Assembly: GCA_023150835.1 (NCBI GenBank)
Contig: JAKLKB010000013.1
Coordinates: 1 to 64,000 of the forward strand
Source: Myxococcota bacterium
GTDB lineage: Bacteria > Myxococcota_C > UBA6777
Reading direction: 5' to 3'
Length of the DNA stretch: 64,000 nt
The notes below the pieces were generated by a model. The model saw only the letters and a program-made list of their open reading frames with translations, ran no database searches and had not been told where the DNA came from. Position numbers and translations under genes: made by a program. Positions 58,996 to 64,000 of the stretch are shown here, piece by piece (position 1 is the first letter of the stretch; every line of letters starts with the position of its first letter).

Positions 58996-61836
58996 TCACT
59001 CAGACGCCCGTTCGCGTTGGCGCGAAGCCAAGGATTGCGCCTGCAAAAACGCTCGGGTCGCCTCGTCATTCTTCTTTTGCGCTTTAAGGATGTAGGCCAA
59101 TTGATGAAACAACGACGGATCTTGAGGCGCAAGCGCGATCGCTTCTTTGAGCACTTTTTCGGCGCGGATGTAGTTCCCCTGCTGCCCGAGGGCTGTACCC
59201 AAATTGAAGTACGGAGAAACATCCAACGGATCGAGCTGGATCGCTTTCAAAAAAGCCTCCTCAGCTTCTCGATAACGTCGTTGCCGACCCAAGATGATCC
59301 CGAGTTCGTTGTGATACACCGACTTGTTTGGGGAAAGCTGGATCGCCTTTAAGAAAGCCTCTTCGGTTTCGAGCAAGCGATCCTGTTTGCCAAGCGCAAG
59401 ACCAAGGTTGTAATACGATCCCGCTCGCTGAGGTTGAAGCCGGATGCTCTCTCGAAACACTTCTTCGGCCTCTCGATAGCGGGCCTGCTTGCCGAGAATG
59501 ATGCCTAAATGAAAGTAGGGGGCCGGATCGCTTGGGTTTTTGCGAACAGCTTCGCGAAAAACAGCCTCCGCTTCGGGCAGTTTCCCAGAAGCCACCAACC
59601 CCATCCCACGCTCTTTAAAACGTTGCGTCTCGATCGACAACGGTTCCTCGGGCCTTTCGACCTCCTGTGAAAGTACTGCGATCGCGGTAGAAGAGGCGCT
59701 GCGTCGGCCATTTTGGACGGAAGGTAGCCCGCCGCCCGTCCCTCCCGACGTCGGCGAAAAACTGGGCAATGGATGAGCGCTCGAAGATGCCCGATTACCC
59801 GTATTTTGCGCAGTTCCTGAAGACGCCCGACTGCCCGAATTCGTAGCATCCGACGAAAGCGCCCGACTGCCCGAATTCGTAGCATCCGACGACGGCACCC
59901 GACCACCCGTATTCGGAGCAGCCCCCGCAGACGCCCGATGATTCGAATTCAACGCCCCCCCCGCAGAAGGTGGATGGGCCGGCGCTTGTCCAGAGGCCGA
60001 AAGAACGGGCAACACGGACGAAGAAGCGGCTGCAGCTTGTTGACCTTCGGGCGTTGGCAAAAAATGAAACGGGATCTCATCCGAATTATCGTGCTCGTTG
60101 GATGCCCTCGCAGAGGCGGGGGCGTCCGAGGGAGCATGCTCTGGCGCAAGAGGCTTTGCGTCATCAAAAACAGGCGGCGAAGGCCGAAAGATCGTCTCAT
60201 CGTCGTCTTGCGGCTCGTTGCGCAACATCGCCGCCAACGGATGACCCGCAAAGGGGTCCATCTGCAAACGCAAAGACGCCAGCAAATCCTCTTCTTCGAC
60301 GACTTGCGTTTCCTCCGAGCGAGAGGCAGACAATCGCCGCTGAAGCCCTCGACGCTCCGCCGAAGTATCCTCTTGGGGAACCATCCGAACGGCTGTCTCT
60401 TCGGTGGTTTGGAGGGGAATCGACTGATAGCGCACCCTTGTCTTGTCTTCGTTTTCGTCTGCGTCATCAAGCGCCAACGCCGCTTCGACAGGATCTCCCT
60501 CTGCCTGCCACGGATCGAGATCCAAGTTCGTTTGCAAAGGTTGACTCAAGCGCCGCTGCCACGAAGATGTCACCGCATAATCGCGCACCACCGTCTGATC
60601 TTCGGCTCCCGCATCCATAAACAGCACAGCGGTATCCTCTTCGTCTTCGGGCTGCAAGGCGATCTCAGGAACCACCCAAGGCAAGGCACGCCCCGCCTCC
60701 CCAAACACCGAATCTTCCGCGTGTCTTGGCCGAAGCCGCGACGACACCGCTTCGCCGATCTCTGCCGACGAAATCGCCCGCGCCTCTTGTCCGCCTGAAA
60801 CATCGACCGCAACAGAACGATTTCCCTGCTCCATCAAGGCCGAGGCATCGACATGAATCAAAGAGGCTTCATCCGAATCCTGCGAAACTTGCGAAAGCGC
60901 CGAAAGATCCGGCACAGATCCAAGCTGCTGCTCGATCGGCATATCTCGCAACGCCACGCACTCCAAAAAAGCGGCCTTGAGATCTTCCCACACCTCAAGA
61001 GCGCTTGCATAACGCGCTGCGGGTTCTTTCGCCAACAAGCGACTGACGCATGCTTGCAGACTTGGACTACAACGACGATCCGGGATATCGGGCGGGGGTT
61101 GGTGCAGGTGCATCTCCATCAACGCAAATCGCGAGGGTGCATGAAACGGTGGGCGCCCCGCCAACATCTCAAACAAGATAATCCCAAACGAGTAAAGGTC
61201 CGTCCGATGGTCCAGATCGGGATCTCCCTTGATCTGCTCGGGGGACATATAGTACGGCGTCCCCAACGAAAACCCCGGTCGTGTCAAGTTCATCAACGAA
61301 GAATCGTTTTCCATGTGATTTTTGGCGATCCCAAAATCAAACAGCTTGACCTGCGGGTTTTTGTCGCTGTCTTTGGTCACCATTACGTTGGACGGCTTGA
61401 GATCGCGGTGGATAAAGTGCCGTGTGTGGATAAAGTCCAGCGCAGAACACAACTGCTCGCAAACATCGCGGATATACCCCAGCGATAGCGGAAAATCTTG
61501 CTCGATGGCTTGCTTGAGCGTACGCCCCTCGACGTACTCCATCACGCAGTACGACAACCCATGCTCGTCCTGCCCAAAATCCAAAACGTGTACAATGTTG
61601 GGATGCTGTAAACGCGCAAGACTCCGTGCTTCCGAACGTAAGCGCGCAGACTCCCCTCCCCGCGTCAAGATCTTGATCGCGACCGTCTTGCCCAACGTCG
61701 CGTGTTCGGCTTCATACACTTGGCTGAATCCGCCCTCTCCCACTTTTCGTTTCAGCAGATAACGATTGTCTAACAACGACTGCTTTTTCATCCAAAAAAA
61801 AACCTTGCTCCAAAAAAACGACCTCTTGCGCTTCAC
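58996..61836 (-). CDS. Hanks-type Ser/Thr protein kinase with C-terminal TPRs
   Basis: GEGGFSQVY, VAIK, HRDLKPSN, DFGIAK, GTPYYMSPEQ; long acidic linker; TPR array; no TM. The start may be 61791. Confidence 0.92.
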   Translation of the reverse strand: MKRKRSFFWSKVFFWMKKQSLLDNRYLLKRKVGEGGFSQVYEAEHATLGKTVAIKILTRGGESARLRSEARSLARLQHPNIVHVLDFGQDEHGLSYCVMEYVEGRTLKQAIEQDFPLSLGYIRDVCEQLCSALDFIHTRHFIHRDLKPSNVMVTKDSDKNPQVKLFDFGIAKNHMENDSSLMNLTRPGFSLGTPYYMSPEQIKGDPDLDHRTDLYSFGIILFEMLAGRPPFHAPSRFALMEMHLHQPPPDIPDRRCSPSLQACVSRLLAKEPAARYASALEVWEDLKAAFLECVALRDMPIEQQLGSVPDLSALSQVSQDSDEASLIHVDASALMEQGNRSVAVDVSGGQEARAISSAEIGEAVSSRLRPRHAEDSVFGEAGRALPWVVPEIALQPEDEEDTAVLFMDAGAEDQTVVRDYAVTSSWQRRLSQPLQTNLDLDPWQAEGDPVEAALALDDADENEDKTRVRYQSIPLQTTEETAVRMVPQEDTSAERRGLQRRLSASRSEETQVVEEEDLLASLRLQMDPFAGHPLAAMLRNEPQDDDETIFRPSPPVFDDAKPLAPEHAPSDAPASARASNEHDNSDEIPFHFLPTPEGQQAAAASSSVLPVLSASGQAPAHPPSAGGALNSNHRASAGAAPNTGGRVPSSDATNSGSRALSSDATNSGSRASSGTAQNTGNRASSSAHPLPSFSPTSGGTGGGLPSVQNGRRSASSTAIAVLSQEVERPEEPLSIETQRFKERGMGLVASGKLPEAEAVFREAVRKNPSDPAPYFHLGIILGKQARYREAEEVFRESIRLQPQRAGSYYNLGLALGKQDRLLETEEAFLKAIQLSPNKSVYHNELGIILGRQRRYREAEEAFLKAIQLDPLDVSPYFNLGTALGQQGNYIRAEKVLKEAIALAPQDPSLFHQLAYILKAQKKNDEATRAFLQAQSLASRQRERASE

Positions 61837-62033
61837 AAGCGGCGTCTACATTAGCAAGAGAACGATCATTGCGTCAACACAAGACAGCGCGTTTCACTCG
61901 GACACGACACACGCCCCTACGCCCTTCCTACCGAAAACACGGGCCGGATTGCCATCGACGATCCCCACCTCCCCATCCCTCACCGAAACCTCTTCAACCT
62001 GTCGGCGTAGATATCCTTCATGCTTCTGAGCAG

Positions 62034-62145
62034 CCGATGTCGATATCCTTCCACGCTCCGCGTTGCCAACGCCAAAACAACGCATACCTTCGATCAACCG
62101 ATGTGGATATCCTTCCACGCTCCGCGTTGCCAACGCCAAAACAAC
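62034..62145. repeat. 64-bp-period duplication of the MATE gene 3' end
   Basis: ccgatgt(c/g)gatatccttccacgctccgcgttgccaacgccaaaacaac at 62034 and 62098. Confidence 0.9.
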
Positions 62146-63680
62146 AACACCCCCACCAACAAGATATACAACACCGCCCCCCACCAAGCCCCGATTACTC
62201 CCCCCCCCATCCATCGCCCCAACAAGTAGACCAGCGGTACAAAAAAGCCCCAACTGGCCGCGATCATCAGCCACATCGGATACGTTGTATCTCCCGCGCC
62301 GCGCAATGCACCCGTTGCAGCCATGCCCAAAGCATCGAAGATCTGAAACAACCCTGCCATCAAAAACAGCGTCGTTCCAAGCTCTACAACACTTGGCTCT
62401 CGGTTAAACAACAACATCACCTCCCGACCAAACACCGCAAAGATCAACGCCATCACGCCCATATACAACATCGCCAGTTTGATCGCCGAAAATCCGCTGC
62501 GTTCTGCATCTTCTTTTCTTCTTGCGCCGATGTATTGGCCCACAAGCGTTGTCGCAGCAATAGAGATCGCAACACCCGGCATAAACGAAAGGTGCAGCAT
62601 CTGAAGCACGATGTGATGCGCCGCCAAAGCCTTCTCTCCAAAATGCGCAACAAACGCCGTAAACACCGTCCACGAACCCGTTTCCAACACCCACTGCACA
62701 CCAATCGGCAGACCCACCGCACTCAAACGGCCCAGCTCTCGCCCTTGAAAAGACCACGCACGAGTCCGATAACGCCTATGTACCCGAGGACTCCAATAAA
62801 CCCACAAGTACAACATCAACCCCAACATCTGCGCGAGGTTGGTTGCGTGCGCCGCACCTGCCGCACCCATCGCAGGGATCGCTCCCCATCCAAAGATGAA
62901 GACGTAGTTAAAAGGCACGTTCAAAAATACGATCAAAAAAGAAACGTACATCGGTGTGCGCGTGTCGCCTGTACCGCGCAAAAACGACACCACCGAAAAA
63001 CTCGCGCAAGCCAAGATCCCGCCCCACAAACGCACCGAACTGTACGCCATCGCGGGCTCCGCAAGCGACGCCTTGGTCCCTGCCATCGAAAGCATCCACG
63101 GTAGCAAGGGCTGGAATGTCAACAGCAAAAGACCCGATCCCACCGCGATCATCAGACCGTAGTTGGCGTAACGCCCTGCTTCATGAAAGGACCGCTCGCT
63201 GTCTTTTGGATCAGCGCCTTCTTGTTGGGCGGATTCTTTGCCCTCACCTTCTTTTTGCGAAACAAACGTCGACACGCCGTTGATCACGCCAAAGAAAAAC
63301 GAAAACAACACCCACACCAACATATTACCTAAACCGACCGCTCCTTGCGCCGCCGTAGAGACATACCCCATAAACCACGTGTCGACGATCCCCAACAAAG
63401 ATTGCGCCATCATTGAAAGCACCACAGGATACGCCAACACAACGATCTCTCGAAACCCTCCAGCTTCCGCACTCTCCATCGAGGCGGAGGACGCTTTTTT
63501 GGGCGAACTTCCGCCGCCGCTTGGTGGAGCGCCGCCTTGTCTGCCTTCAGACGAGGACTCTACGATGCTTGTCTCGACGGGCAAAGAAGATGATCTTGGA
63601 AGCTCGTCGTGCGGAACAGGCGGATGTTCCTGAAAAAAACGCTTTGAATTACGCCGTTCACGCGGCGATGATGTAAGCAC
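62094..63680 (-). CDS. MATE family efflux transporter
   Basis: LAYPVVL, IVDTWFMG, FLRGTGDTRTPM, MGAAGAAHAT, ALRGAGDT; start uncertain (GTG 63680 follows GGAGG). Confidence 0.9.
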   Translation of the reverse strand: MLTSSPRERRNSKRFFQEHPPVPHDELPRSSSLPVETSIVESSSEGRQGGAPPSGGGSSPKKASSASMESAEAGGFREIVVLAYPVVLSMMAQSLLGIVDTWFMGYVSTAAQGAVGLGNMLVWVLFSFFFGVINGVSTFVSQKEGEGKESAQQEGADPKDSERSFHEAGRYANYGLMIAVGSGLLLLTFQPLLPWMLSMAGTKASLAEPAMAYSSVRLWGGILACASFSVVSFLRGTGDTRTPMYVSFLIVFLNVPFNYVFIFGWGAIPAMGAAGAAHATNLAQMLGLMLYLWVYWSPRVHRRYRTRAWSFQGRELGRLSAVGLPIGVQWVLETGSWTVFTAFVAHFGEKALAAHHIVLQMLHLSFMPGVAISIAATTLVGQYIGARRKEDAERSGFSAIKLAMLYMGVMALIFAVFGREVMLLFNREPSVVELGTTLFLMAGLFQIFDALGMAATGALRGAGDTTYPMWLMIAASWGFFVPLVYLLGRWMGGGVIGAWWGAVLYILLVGVLLFWRWQRGAWKDIHIG

Positions 63681-63888
63681 GACAACCTCCCATACGATCT
63701 GCCGCACGCCCAAGCCCACACCAACGTATGCGCCCGTCCTACGGCAACCAACAAAAAACAACCCTGCAAATCTTGAAGATATCCGATGCGTTCATGCTCC
63801 CCCAAACACCCGACCTCTCCTCCTCAGAAACCTGCTTCGCCCCAACGCGGCGGCCTACGAGAAACGGCTCTCCAATAAAAATAGTTCT

Positions 63889-64000
63889 TTAGTGCGTGCT
63901 TCGGTATTCTTGGATCGCCTCACCCAAAAGGCGCATCGCTCGCTGCAACGCTTCTTCTTTTAATACATAAGCGATGCGGATCTCGTTGCGCCCCAAACCC
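63889..64000 (-). CDS. PLP-dependent class I/II aminotransferase, C-terminal fragment (runs off the window)
   Basis: Hand translation gives GLGRNEIRIAYVLKEEALQRAMRLLGEAIQEYRSTH*; the RIAY motif carries the substrate-binding Arg of AspC-like enzymes. Confidence 0.7.
   Translation of the reverse strand, partial: GLGRNEIRIAYVLKEEALQRAMRLLGEAIQEYRSTH

Noticed and set aside
62034-62145. DGR template/variable repeat pair
   Set aside because: The differences are not adenine-specific and no reverse transcriptase is in the window

Overview
Chromosomal window from a probable Myxococcota bacterium. The evidence is Cys-rich MopE-repeat lipoproteins, PEGA proteins, an AgmX/PglI-type C-terminal domain, a Hanks kinase-TPR protein, DUF6918 and a non-flagellar SctV. 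From left to right it holds: two tandem Cys-rich/beta-propeller paralogs; a sugar ABC transporter cluster with unusually fused permeases; a PEGA protein; valS; small membrane or secreted proteins; an ABC1/UbiB-family kinase; two beta-barrels; hpt; a ~1600-aa protein; a degenerate acyl-CoA dehydrogenase; an isolated sctV + SycD/LcrH pair; lipoproteins; lgt; dnaK; the rimP-nusA-ylxR/L7Ae-infB-ylxP-rbfA-nrnA-truB operon; a kinase; a MATE exporter; and the 3' end of an aminotransferase. Three things stand out. (1) The ~1600-aa protein reads as SIR2-like + transmembrane helix + NACHT/STAND-like + HEAT repeats with the catalytic motifs erased, i.e. a membrane-spanning pseudo-NLR. (2) A ~115-bp structured repeat occurs four times with compensatory base changes. 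(3) Tandem duplications straddle the stop codons of four unrelated genes. All calls come from motif recognition by eye; no database searches were run. No rRNA, tRNA, CRISPR array or transposase was seen.
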